Assembly: GCF_963921235.1 (NCBI RefSeq)
Contig: NC_086097.1
Span: 59,026,001-59,090,000, forward strand
Length of the DNA stretch: 64,000 nt
DNA from: Mobula hypostoma
Lineage: Eukaryota
Direction of reading: 5' to 3'
Part shown: piece by piece, positions 34,684-46,544 of the stretch
How the letters are laid out: every line of letters starts with the position of its first letter
How positions within the stretch are numbered: position 1 is the first letter of the stretch
Translations under genes and position numbers: made by a program
Notes under the pieces: model-generated
Seen by the model: only the letters and a program-made list of their open reading frames with translations
The model's database searches: none
Told to the model about the DNA's origin: nothing

Positions 34684-37634
34684 TATGGCAGGGGGATGGG
34701 AACCCACACAGAAAAGAAGAGGGAAGTGATGCAGAGACTAAAGCTAGAGCTAGTGAAGAAAAAAGTAAGAGCAGAATGCATAAAAGTAAAAAGCAAAAAT
34801 CGCATAGGTCACTAGATTCTAAATGGACAAGGAGTATAAGGGCACTTTATCTAAATGCCCGTAGTATTAGAAACAAGGTTGGTGAACTTGTGGCACAGAT
34901 CAGTACCAAGGCATATGATTTAGTGGCCATTACAGAAACCTGGTTGCAAGGTGGAGATGACTGGGAATTAAATATCCAAGGGTATCAGGTAATACAGAAA
35001 GATAGGCAGGAAGGCAAAGGAGGTGGGGTGGCATTCTTAATTAAGGATGAGATCAGGGCGATTGTGAGAGACTATATAAGATCTAAAGAGCAGAATGTTG
35101 AGTCCATCTGGGTAGACATTAAGAATAGTAAAGGGAAAAATTCACTGGTGGGAGTTGTCTGTAGACAACCTAATAAAAATATTGCAGCGGCAGAGACGAT
35201 TAACCAAGAAATAACTGAGGCTTGTAAGAATGGAACGGCAGTTGTCATGGGGGATTTTAACTTCCACATAGATTGGGTGAATCAGGTTGATCAAGGAAGT
35301 CTTGAAGAGGACATCATAGAATGCATCTGTGATGGCTTTCTGGAGCAGTATGTTAGTGAACCTACAAGGGAAAATGTTATCTTAGATCTAGTCCTGTGCA
35401 ATAAGACAGGTAAGATTAATGATCTTGTAGTCAGGGATCCTCTTGGAAAGAGTGATTATAGTATGATTGAATTTTGCATACAGATGGAGGATGAAATAGT
35501 TTGATCTAAAACTAGTGTATTATGCTTGAACAAGGGAGATTACAATGGGATGAGGGAGGAGTTGGCTAATGTGGATTGGGAGCACAGGCTATTTGGTAGG
35601 ACAGTTGAGGAACAGTAGAATACTTTCAAAGAGATTTTTCACCATGCTCAGCAAAAGTATATCCCAGTCAAAAGTAAGGACAGTAAGTGTGGAGAGGCAG
35701 CCTTGGATAACCAAGGAAATAAAAGATAGTATCAAATTAAAAGCTCATTTGTACAAAGTCACAAAAAGCAGTGAGAGACTGGAGGATTGGGAAAACTTTA
35801 AAAAGCAACAGAGAACAACTAAACAAGAAATAAGGAAAGGAGGGTAGAGTATGAAAGTACATTAGCACAAAATATAAAAAACAGATAGCAGAAGTTTTTA
35901 TAAAGCAGAAGAGTGTGGCTAAAGTCAACGTAGGTCCCTTGGATGACGAGAAGACGAAGTTGATATTGGGTGATAATGAAATGGCTGAGGCATTGAACGA
36001 CTATTTTGTGTCGGTCTTTGCGGAGGAGGACATGTCTAATATGCCAAAGAATGATGTTATGGACGAAATGGGAGGTGAAGACCTAGATAAAATCACTGTC
36101 AATAAAGAGATAGTGATGAGCAAACTAGAGGGCCTGAAGGTAGATAAGTCCCCTGGTCCTAATGGGATGCATCCCAGGGTGCTGAGAGAATTGGCGGAGG
36201 TTATAGTAGACGCGTTGGTCATCATTTACCAAAACTCTCTAGACTCCAGGCAGATCCCGGCAGATTGGAAGACAGCAAATGTCACGCCACTTTTTACAAA
36301 AGGATGTAGGCAAAAGATGGGCAACTATAGGCCAGTTAGCTTAACATCTGTAGTCAGGAAAATGCTTGAAGCTGTCATTAAGGAAGAAATAGCGAAACAT
36401 TTAGAAAGGAGGCATTCCATTACACAGATGCAGCATGGATTCAGAAAGGGCAGGTCCTGTTTGACAAACTTACCGGAGTTCTTTAAGGACATAATAAGTG
36501 TAGTGGATAGAGGGGAGCAGGTGGATGTTTTATACTTGGATTTTCAGAAGGCGTTCGATAAGTTGCCGCATAAGAGACATAAATGAGGTACGGATGCATG
36601 GACTTGGAGGAAGTGTATTGGCATGGATAGTGGATTGGTTAACCAATAGAAGACAGAGATTTGGTATAAATGGGTGTTTCTCCGGTCGGCAGTCAGTGGT
36701 GAGTGGGGAGCTGTAGGGGTCGGTGCTGGGCCCACAGCTGTTTTCCATTTACATTGCTGATTTGGAAGAAGGGACTGAGTGTAGCGTAGCAAAATTTGCT
36801 GATGGCACTAAACGGAGTGGAAAAGCAAATTGTACAGAGGATGTGGAGAGTCTGCAGAGGGATATAGATAGGTTAAATGAGTGGGCCAAGGTCTGGCAGA
36901 TGGAATACAATGTTGATAAATGCGAGATCATCCACTTTGGAAGGAGTAATAGAAAAGCAGATTATTATTTAAATGGTGAAAGATTGCAGCATGCTGTTGT
37001 GCAGAGGGACTTGGGAGTGTTTGTTCACGAATCACAAAATGTTGGCTTGCAGGTACAACAGGTTATAAAGAAGGTAAACTGAATGTTGGCCTTTATTGCT
37101 AGAGGGATTGAATTCAACAGCAGGGAGATCAGCTGCAACTATACAGGGAATTGGTGAGGCCGCACCTGGAGTACTGTGTGCAGTTCTGGTCTCCATACTT
37201 GAGGAAGGATATACTGGCTTTGGAGGCAGTGCAGAGGAGGTTCACCAGGTTGATTCCAGAGATGAAGGGGTTAACCTATGAGGAGAGATTGAGTCACCTG
37301 GAACTATACTGTCTAGAATTCAGAAGAATGAGAGGGGATCTTATAGAAACATACAAAATTTTGAAAGAGATAGATTAAGATAGAAGTAGAAAAGTTGTTT
37401 CCATTGGTAGGTGAGACTAGAACTAGGGGACATTACCTCAAGATTCAGGGGAGAAGATTTAGGATGGAGATGAGGAGAAACTGTTTTTCCCAGAGAGTGG
37501 TGAACCTGTGGAATTCTCTGCCCAGGGAAGCAGTTGAGGCTTCTTCACTAAATATATTTAAGATACAGTTAGATGGATTTTTACATAGTAAGGGAATTAA
37601 GGGTTATGGGGGAAAGGCAGGTAGATGGAACTGA
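34674..37634 (+). pseudogene. CR1 ORF2 (APE endonuclease plus reverse transcriptase), disabled
   Basis: LYLNARSIRNK, AITETWL, MGDFNF, GKSDY, QHGFRKGRSCLTNL, YLDFQKAFDK, KFADGT and RPHLEYCVQFWSP. Broken into several ORFs by stops and frameshifts (e.g. TGA at 35502-35504). Confidence 0.92.
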
Positions 37635-37849
37635 GTTCACGGACAGATCAGCCATAATCTTATTGAATGGCGGGGCAGGCGCGATGTGCGGGATGGCCTA
37701 CCCCTGCTCCTATTTCTTATGGTTTTAGGTTCTTATGTTCAATAGGGATAACGTCACTCAACTTTACTTGCTCCATTGCTGAACTGTTCCCACAGCCTGT
37801 GGAGTCGCTTTCAAGAACTCTTCATCTCGTGTCCTCATTATTGACATGA

Positions 37850-38172
37850 GAGGAGGAGGAGAAGATGGCGGCGTGACGCAGCTTGCACGGTCACTCCGGT
37901 GAATGATATCTGTAATCTGTCACGTAGGGTGCCGTGCACAATCCTGATTTGATGGAGGCAGATGTGAGAGAACGGAGGAATATCTGGAGAAACTTCTGAG
38001 ATGCCTTTTTCGCTGCCGCTGTTACTGTGTGATCCTGAGTCTCTGGAGGGGAAGGCCCCGAATCCTTGGCTTTGCTTGTTGCTTGGTGGCTGGGACGGGG
38101 TCCAGGTGCTCGGCAGGGATGGTGCTCAGTGCTGGGTGTCGAAGGGCTGGTCGGAGGCTCGAGGTTTTTGAC
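37850..38172 (+). mobile_element. 5' part of a GC-rich non-coding retroelement (same family as 49033-49670)
   Basis: Homologous to the reverse complement of 49400-49670. Begins with the YY1 consensus aagatggcgg (37862-37871). Confidence 0.65.
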
Positions 38173-38309
38173 AAAATTGCTGGAATTCTATGAGACTGTG
38201 ACAGAGAGAGTTGGTCCAGGTGAATCTTTATAACTAGTCTAGATTTCCAAAAGAGGCACTTTATAAGGTGTCACATAAGGGACCAGTGCATAAATTAAGA
38301 GACCAAGGT

Positions 38310-38665
38310 TTTAAGACCATAAGATACATGAGCAGAATTAGGCCATTTAACCCATTGAGTTTGGTCTGCCATTTCATAATGGCTGATCCATTTTTCTGCT
38401 CAGCCCCAATCTCCTGCCTCCCCCCCATATCCCTTCGTGTCCTGACCAATCAAGAATCTATCAATCTCTGCCTTAAATGTACACAAAGACTTGACCTCCA
38501 CAGCTGCCTGTGGCAACAAATTCCACAGATTCACCACTCCCTGTCTAAAGAAATTCCTCTGCATCTCCTCTATTCTGAGGCTATGTCCTCTGGTCTTAGA
38601 CACTCCCACCCTAGGAAGCATCCTCTGCACATCCACTTTCTCAAGGCCTTTCACCATTCAATAGG
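38310..38665 (-). mobile_element. CR1 3' fragment nested in the old CR1
   Basis: ORF 38400..38657 (SKTRGHSLRI..RNFFRQGVVNLWNLLP). Confidence 0.85.
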
Positions 38666-40304
38666 TTTGGATGAAGGGTCAACATGGACTGAAGTCTGGT
38701 TCTGATATAGAAAGCAAGGAGTTGAAATAAATGGGTCATTCCAGGCTAGAAAGATGTAACTGGTGTATCCCAGGCATCAGTCTTGCCTCTCGGGTATTTA
38801 TTTTTTATAAATTAATGAACTGGGTACGGGAACTAAATGTAAAGTTTACAAGTTGGCAGATGATACAAATTGGCTCTTTCTGATGAGGACATTGTGATTC
38901 TGAAATGAAACATAAATGGATTTAGTGATTGGGCAAAACTTGGCAAATGGAGTTTCATATGGGAAAGTATGGGCATGTACTTCAGTAAGAAAAGTCAACA
39001 GCCATATTATCTAAATGAAGAAATACTGCAAATGAATAAAATTCAGGGGATAGCATTGGAGGGAGGTTAAACGAGATGCAATAGGTTAACTCCAGGGATG
39101 AGAAGGCTGTTCTACCAGGAGAGCACAGACATTTTCATTTGGTATTCCTTTTACTGCAGAAGAATGAAGGGTGAGTTTGCAAACATGAGTATATCCAAAG
39201 GGACTTGACGAGGGAGATTTGTAATGTCTTCGTTAGAGAGAGAGTGTCACAAAGAAGGGGATGCAATAGACAATAAAAGACTAAGCTGCATGGAAGTTTC
39301 TTCTCTCAGTCTCGTAAATCTCTGGAATTCTCTGGCCTCAAGGGTGGATTTAGCTTTAGTGGAGGTCCGCTCATTAGACATAGACGTTGGAGACGGATAA
39401 ATATTTGAGAGACTGAGGAATTGAGAGTCATGGACAACTGGCACAACAGAGGAGTTCAGGCCAGCACAGACCTTCTATGATATTGATAGTGAGGCAGGCT
39501 TGAGAGTCCTGGAGGCCGATTGATCCTATTTTCTTGTTTGTTTTTTCTGAATTAGGAGTGGTGACTTTGGTAATAGTACGTGTAGTGAAAAGGATAAGGC
39601 ATGGAAGTGGCAAAACTTTGTGAGAAACTCCAGTGTTTGAGGTGGAGCCGTCTGAAGCCTGGTCACGTGTGAGTTGAATTGCAGGGGGTGGGGGATGAGG
39701 TTGGGTGCGGCGGTGGGGATGATTGTAGGAGGTTAGACAGAGGAGTCAAATTAAGTTAATTGGAAAATTTTATGGTGATAGAGATGGATCAACCTTAAAA
39801 TGAAAATTTAAAAAATAATATCTAGGAGCTATGAATATGTTGGATCAGACTGTTTAATTGTTATTTTCTTTGCAGCTAAACAATTATTTGTTTTTTATTT
39901 TATATAACATATACATGTAACTGTTTAGTATGATTCCTAGTGGCTGCAGAATGTATATGCAATTGTTCAGCGTGTTCCATGGTGGTTACATTTATATGAT
40001 TCTGGAATCTTCTCTTGATATTGCTTTATTCAAATATGGGCTGTCTGATTAGTTAACTCTTATCTACAAGTTTGAATGGAATGTTTTCTTATCTATGGTA
40101 TAAAAAGCATTGATCATTTTGTACCACCACCTTTGCTTCTCCTCTCCCTTCCCTACTAGACTTCTGCTCCTGTTACAGTTCATTTTAATTTTCTTTTTTC
40201 TAGCAGCGCTTAATAAAATGATTGCGAAGCAACAAATTTTATGCCTCTTTCTTGACTTCTGAATGAACATCAGAATTCAATAAAGATAATATACTGTATG
40301 CCTG

Positions 40305-40470
40305 CAACCAACAGGAATTCTGCAGATGCTGGAAATTCAAGCAACACACATAAAAGTTGCTGGTGAACGCAGCAGGCCAGGCGGCATCTCTAGGAAGAGG
40401 TGCAGTCGACGTTTCGGGCTGAGACCCTTCCTCAGGACTAACTGAAGGAAGAGTGAGTAAGGGATCTAGG
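40305..40470 (-). mobile_element. Penelope pseudo-LTR insertion with an intact hammerhead core
   Basis: 14-bp TSD atactgtatgcctg (40291-40304 and 40471-40484). Confidence 0.85.
40404..40439 (-). ncRNA. Minimal type I hammerhead ribozyme
   Basis: Reverse complement reads agtc-CTGAGGA-agggtctcagccc-GAAA-CGTC-gact. Confidence 0.7.
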
Positions 40471-40609
40471 ATACTGTATGCCTGTGAAGGTTTGTGCTAC
40501 ACTTGGATATATAGATTCATAGATTTTATAGAGTTTTCGAATATGTTGATTAAGGGTTATGCTTAAAGGGCTGGGGTCATATCTGGAATTGCCATTTAAA
40601 TGGCATAAA

Positions 40610-42118
40610 GCAAGGTAATTTCCCTGGGGAAATTACCTTGCTCAGCAAATGGATACATCAAGGCAAAAGATGGCAACTTAATTATGAGCTAAGAGGAAAT
40701 CCTAAACAGATGGACAGAATATATAAGAGAACTTTTTGAAGACCAAAGAGGAGAAAAAACAAACATAAAGAAAAACCTTGAAGGTCCTAGCATTCTAAAA
40801 GCCATAAAGAAAACAAAACATAACAGAGCAACTGGTCCGGACAACATCGCTGTTGAAATGATACTGGCCTTAGAAGATTTTGGAATAGAGAAAACAACAG
40901 GAATAGCAAATGAAATCTATGATCATGGGGAGATACCTGAATATTTAAGTAAATCAGTGTTCATCACACTTCCAAAGAAAGAGGTAGCAACAGAATGCGA
41001 GTTGCATCGTACAATAAGCCTGATGAGCCACATGGCAAAAATTATTCTCAGAGTAATCATGATGACAGCAAGACGCTGTATAAAACCAGAAATCAGTAAA
41101 GAACAATGCAGCTTTGTGGAAAACACTGAAACTAGAAATTCAATTTTCATGCTATGGATGATCTGTGAATGAGCCATCCAGGTACAAAAAGACATCTACC
41201 TATGTTTCATCGACTATACAAAAGCTTTTGACACTGTCAGACACCAAGATCTTCTGGAAATGTATCAAGACCTTAACACAGAATGGAAAGATATACGTTT
41301 CTTAAGAAACTTATACTGGGACCAGACAGCATCCATCAGAATAGAAGGAGAAATGAGTGAATATGTGAATATCATGAGAGGAGTCAGGCAAGGTTGTGTC
41401 TTTTCACCAGACTTATTCAACCTGTATAGTGAAAATATCTTGGGAAGTATCAAAGATATCAAAGGATTCACAATTGGAGGCCATAATATAAATAATATCA
41501 GATATGCTGATGACATTGTACTAATAGCTGACTCAGAAGCAAAACTTCAAGAACTACTCAATATAGTGACAGCAGAAAGTAATTGCAGAGGCCTGTCAAT
41601 CAACACCAAGAAGACAGAAATCATGGTCATCTCCAGAAAGACGAACATCCCACACTAAAAACAGAATACTACAGTGCTACATTTATTCTATCCTGATTTA
41701 TGGAAGTGAATGCTGGACCATTTTCCCAGCAATGGAAAAGAGACTAGAAGCAGCTGAATTATGGTTCTACAGGAGAATGTTAAAAATATCATGGACGACA
41801 CACACATCAAATGAAGAAGTTCTCAGAAGAGCCCAAGCAGTTCGATCACTCATACCAACAATAAGAGAAAGACAACTCAGATTCCTAGGACACATCATGC
41901 GGAAAGATGAACTAGAAAAACTCATACTCTCTGGAAAGATGGAGGGGAGCAAACCTAGAGGAAGACCTCGGCTTATGTACATCAAAAGCATAGCCAGGTG
42001 GCTACACATTGAGGAAATGGAAGTCATCCAAAGAACGAAGGATAGATCTATGTGGAAAACCATGGTCACCAATGTCCACATCAGATATGGTACCTAGACA
42101 GACAGACAGACAGACAGC
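40610..42118 (+). mobile_element. 5'-truncated RTE LINE with (GACA)n tail
   Basis: ECELHRTISLMSH, RGVRQGCVFSPDLFNLY, NIRYADDIVLIA and EGSKPRGRPR motifs. Internal deletion near 41655, tail at about 42097-42117, possible TSD gcataaa (40603-40609 and 42121-42127). Confidence 0.9.
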
Positions 42119-42644
42119 TAGCATAAATGTTGGTGTTAGCAATCTCAGTTTTATAGAGAAAGAGACTATTAGCAGGAGTACAGAATACAGACTTGGAAGT
42201 CCTGTTTCAAATAGAATGCTGATAGATTGTTGGTGAGAGCTTGATTGATGAGATGATGATTTCAGTCTTTCCAAGGTGAAGAGCTGGATATGAGACAAGG
42301 AATATGACAAGCAATGGTAGAGAAATGTGTTAGGAGATGCCGTGTAACCTTTTGCTGCACACATGATTGTACTGTGCAAGTGGCTTGGATTCCAACTCTG
42401 GATTCTACTGCATGCCATAAGAACTCATGAGTTCTTTTATGTAAGAAAATTGGCAAAATGATTAGTCATCAATTTGCCTTTGAAAAATGAGGATTTCTAT
42501 TCAATCAACTAGGCTGATTGGTGAGAAATTGTCTTTTGCTACTTGTGCAAACTAAATGATGAAATGTTTTATCTAGGTTCAATGTTTTCTTCACCATTCC
42601 TGTTTAATGTTAAACCATTTCCTTCGATGCATTTCCTCACCAAT

Positions 42645-45465
42645 ATAGGGGAGAAGAGTGGAAGTCTCTCAGTGTCAAAGGCAGAACTGGAAAAACACCT
42701 GGAAAAGTTATACACAGACCGCCGATGCCATGAAGAGATCACCCTCCCTCCTGACATGCCACCAATCCATCAACCGGAACACCAACTAGATATCAGCCCA
42801 CCTAGATGGAGTGAGGTGGAGAACATTGTGCATAGAGCAAGGGCCACATCAGCCCCAGGTCCCAATGGAGTGCCATACAGGCTCTACAAAAATGCACCAG
42901 GTGTCCTGGGGTTCCTCTGGAGGCTCATGAAGGTGGTATGGCGTAAATGGGAGATATCAACATCCTGGCAGAGAGCCGGAGGAATCCTGATCCCAAAGGA
43001 AAAGGGTTCATCAGAAGTCGGCCAGTTCCACCAGATTAGTCTCCTAAACGTCAAGGACAAAATCTTCTTTACTGTGGTGGCTCACAGGCTGTCAAGATAT
43101 CTGCAAAGAAACCATCTGATTGATACGTCAATCCAGAAAGCAGGGATCTCGGGCTTCTCTGGCTGTCTGGAACACACTTGCAACATTGCTATCAGATACA
43201 GGTTGCCAAGAAGGAGGGAACAGATCTTCACGTGGTGTTCCTGGACCTTGCCAATGCCTCCAGCTCAGTCCCTCATAACCTCCTCTGGACTGCTTTCGAC
43301 TTCTTCAGGGTCCCAGTGGCCCTCACAAGCCTCGTTAAGGCCTACTTCCAGGACGTGCAGCTATGTCTGACAACAGCAGATTACACCACAGTGTGGCAAC
43401 ATCTGGAAGTGGGAATCATGGCTGGTTGTACCATCTCCCCGCTAGCCTCCTCCATGGCCATGGAGATGATCATTAGAGCATCTCGATGGGTGGTTAGAGG
43501 ACAGCGCATAAGACCTGGCCTGAGGCTGCCGCCTATCAGAGCATACATGGACGATCTCACAACACTCACCATGACCAAGGCTTTTACTGTACACCTATTG
43601 AGAAAGCTTCAAGAGAACATCAAGCAGGTTCGGCTGAAGATCAAGCCGAGCATGTCCAGAAACATCTCTATTATCAAGGGGAAGCTGGTAGACCAACGCT
43701 TTTACATGGGCGATGAGATGATTCCAACAGTCTATGAGAAGCCTGTGAATAGCCTAGGTCGGTGGTATAATGCATCCTTCAAAGACACAGAGCAGGGAGA
43801 TCAGCTCAGGAAGGATGCCGTCAGTGGCCTCGAGAGCATCGACAGAACCACACTCCCTGGCCAGTTGAAGTTCTGGTGTATGCAGTTTGGGCTCCTTCCA
43901 TGCCTCATGTGGCCACTAACCCTGTATGAAGTTCCAATCTCGAAGGTGGAAAAGCTGGAGCGACTGATCAGCTCATACGTAAGGAAGTGGTTTGGTCTTC
44001 CCAGGTGCCTCAGCAGCATAGGGCTCTACGGCAAAGGAGTCCTAGAGCTACTCATTTCCAGTCTTTCAAAGGAGTACAAGTGTGCCAAAGTAAGACTGGA
44101 GATGATCTTAACAGAGGCGAGTGATCCATTTGTAGCACAAGCTGCCCACGTCCTGGATACTCGGAGGAAATGGACTCCATCAGAAGCAACCAAGCAAGCA
44201 AAGGCAGCACTCGAGCACAGGGACATGGTGGGCCGAGTGCAGCAAGGGAGGAGCGGTCTTGGCCTTGGGGACAGTACACCAGCCTGGAACAAGGCCGTTC
44301 CGTCTCAGAGACGCAGGCTCGTGACGCAGGAGAAACGTTGGCAGGAGGAGGCAGCAAGGTGCGCAAAGGCCATCACTCAGGCAAGGCAAGGACAATGGAT
44401 GAGATGGGAGGGAGTGGAGAAAGAAAGATCTCCTGGAAAGAGCTGTGGGAGATGGGGACATTCAGAGCGAGATTCACCATCAGGGCTGCCTACAATGTCT
44501 TGCTGTCTCCCATGAATCTCAGCCAGTGGTATGGAAAGGACCCCACAGGCTTCCTCTGCCCGACTTCAGCAACACTAAAACACATTCTGCTGGGCTGCAA
44601 GACCAACCTTACTCAAGGCCGATACACCTGGCAGCACGACCAGGTGCTACGGTGTCTTACAGCAGTGCTGGAAAGTCGGCGGATGAGCATCAACGCTCTC
44701 CCTCTCCCTTCATTCTGCTGGCCGGTAACAGCATTTGTCCGGGTAGGTGAGGGTCAAGCCAGACTCGATACATCGAGACCAGACACCGGGTGGCTAGGCG
44801 GGGCATGTGATTGGAAGATGGTGGCAGATTTAGGCCAGAGGCTCCGCTTCCCAAATGAAATCGTGGAAACCAACCTCAGACCAGACCTTGTGCTATGGTC
44901 GGCCTCACTCCACCTCGTTTACATCATCGAGCTTACAGTGCCCTGGGAGGATGCAGCGGAGGAGGCGCTTACAGTGCCCTGGGAGGATGCAGTGGAGGAG
45001 GGAGGCCGACGAGCACAAGAAGCTGAGGTATGTTGAGCTTGCAGCCGACATGCAACAACGTGGCTGGAAAGCAAGGGTCCAACCGGTCGAAGTAGGCTGC
45101 AGAGGATTTGTAGCCACATCAATATCAAGGCTACTCCAGGAGTTGGGAGTGTGAGGGAAGACACACCGACAAGCAGTCAAAGACCTCTCCAGAGCTGCTG
45201 AAAAGGTTAGTCAGTGACTCTGGATGAAGAGAAAGGATTCCATCTGGGCCCCCAAGTGAGTGAAAGGCATCTAGGGGGTGAGCCCAGGACGCCAGGATTC
45301 ACTGCTGAACCCTCCAGAGGTGTCATGGGCCTATCAGTGAAACACTGAGGAAAGAGTGTGCGCACTTGATAACCCAGAAGATGCCACCCCACAGAGTCTA
45401 GGCAGCATGTCTCAGGAGTGCAATTAAGGGATATTAACATCTAGTCCTACATAACATACCTATCA
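42645..45465 (+). mobile_element. 5'-truncated HERO-like RLE non-LTR retrotransposon (RT, CCHC, RLE), frameshifted
   Basis: SAPGPNG, FLDLANA..SVPH, GIMAGCTISP, RAYMDDL, CPTSATLKHILLGC, RYTWQHDQVL and RPDLVLWS..IIELTVPWE..KKLRY. Two units of the 36-bp repeat at 44931-45006. Confidence 0.88.
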
Positions 45466-46544
45466 ACTTCCAGCAAGCTTTTGTGCGGTCCAATGCACAT
45501 GGGGCCATAAATGAAATATAAAATTAGCTATGACTAAACAAATTGAATTATGCCAAAGGAAAGCATGTTTTTTGAATCTTCAAATTAAAATTTATTACAT
45601 ACCCTAATTTTTTCCTTGATTGACAAAACATCACATATGCATTGATATTTCCAGTTTGTTAAGTATGTTTTACATTCTGAAATCTCTGCTGGTCATATAT
45701 CTGTTTATTTGTCAGGAAAACAGCTCGTACACAAATTTACCACTCAAGGTAAGACTTACAACTTCCAAACAATGTTATCTATACATGCTAAGTATTGATC
45801 TACCAAAGTTCTCATTTTGTAACTGAGCTTTGTTATAACATGACTGAAAACTCCAAAGGGTAGAGCAGTGCAGTAAACACAGAAACTTCAAGAAGCTTTT
45901 GAGTGGCTCAGGGCCCAAATAATTTTCTTCTACCAACTTCAAACCAAATGTCTTCCATTACTTGCAGACTTCAACTCCAACATGGAATCTGAACCACACA
46001 TATCATTTCAAGTGTGGTGAAAAGCTCACAACACAACATTACTCATTCTCTGGGCTTTTTACATCATGTTACTCTCAAACACATCCTAAATCACACTATA
46101 AAAAGGGATCAAGTGGCTGCATTCAATTTGGAAGAGTCATAACTGTGATGGAGGGAAGGGGTGGGGTGTGGGTTCTGACATTGATGGTTCCAATAGGATG
46201 AAAACTAAATTCTGTTAGCAAGTATTATTTACTATGGGTGCTATTTACATATGAAAGAATAGATGCATCACAATATAGACAAAGGCAGTATGCGAAAAAT
46301 CGGAAATGCAGATTGTCAGGTAATTTACTAACGAGATACTATAGACAAGTTCAGTTGAATGTGTAGTACACTGATCTTATTTCTGTCAACTCATTTTCCT
46401 ACTAACTTGGGAGTTGGTGAATTACATCTGTACTGTGCTGTGCTTGGTCAGCTTGCTCTACAAGTCACTTTGACCATCCAGAGTCGATTGTAGCCACATA
46501 ATTCAGCATTAAGCTATTCTTAGGTCTACAGGTACGATTGATAC

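Larger units (their letters stand above)
33416..37740 (+). mobile_element. Near full-length CR1 LINE
   Basis: 5'UTR (TGACGTCA at 33517-33524), ORF1, ORF2, 3'UTR and a (tcttatg)-type tail. Confidence 0.95.
31985..37845 (+). mobile_element. Rex1/Babar LINE (31985-33415, 3'UTR resuming at about 37741-37845)
   Basis: LDPLQFAY..NRST, FDYSSAFNTII and LLPSGRRYRSLRIHTTRFRNSYYP motifs. The 3'UTR is split by the CR1. Confidence 0.85.
30860..39535 (+). mobile_element. Old degraded CR1 LINE acting as host of a nested cluster (pieces at about 30860-31984, 38173-38310 and 38667-39535)
   Basis: Colinear APE (MGDFK), RT (DWKAADVIP, LDFQK, KLADDT) and 3'UTR remnants on either side of the younger inserts. 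Confidence 0.75.
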
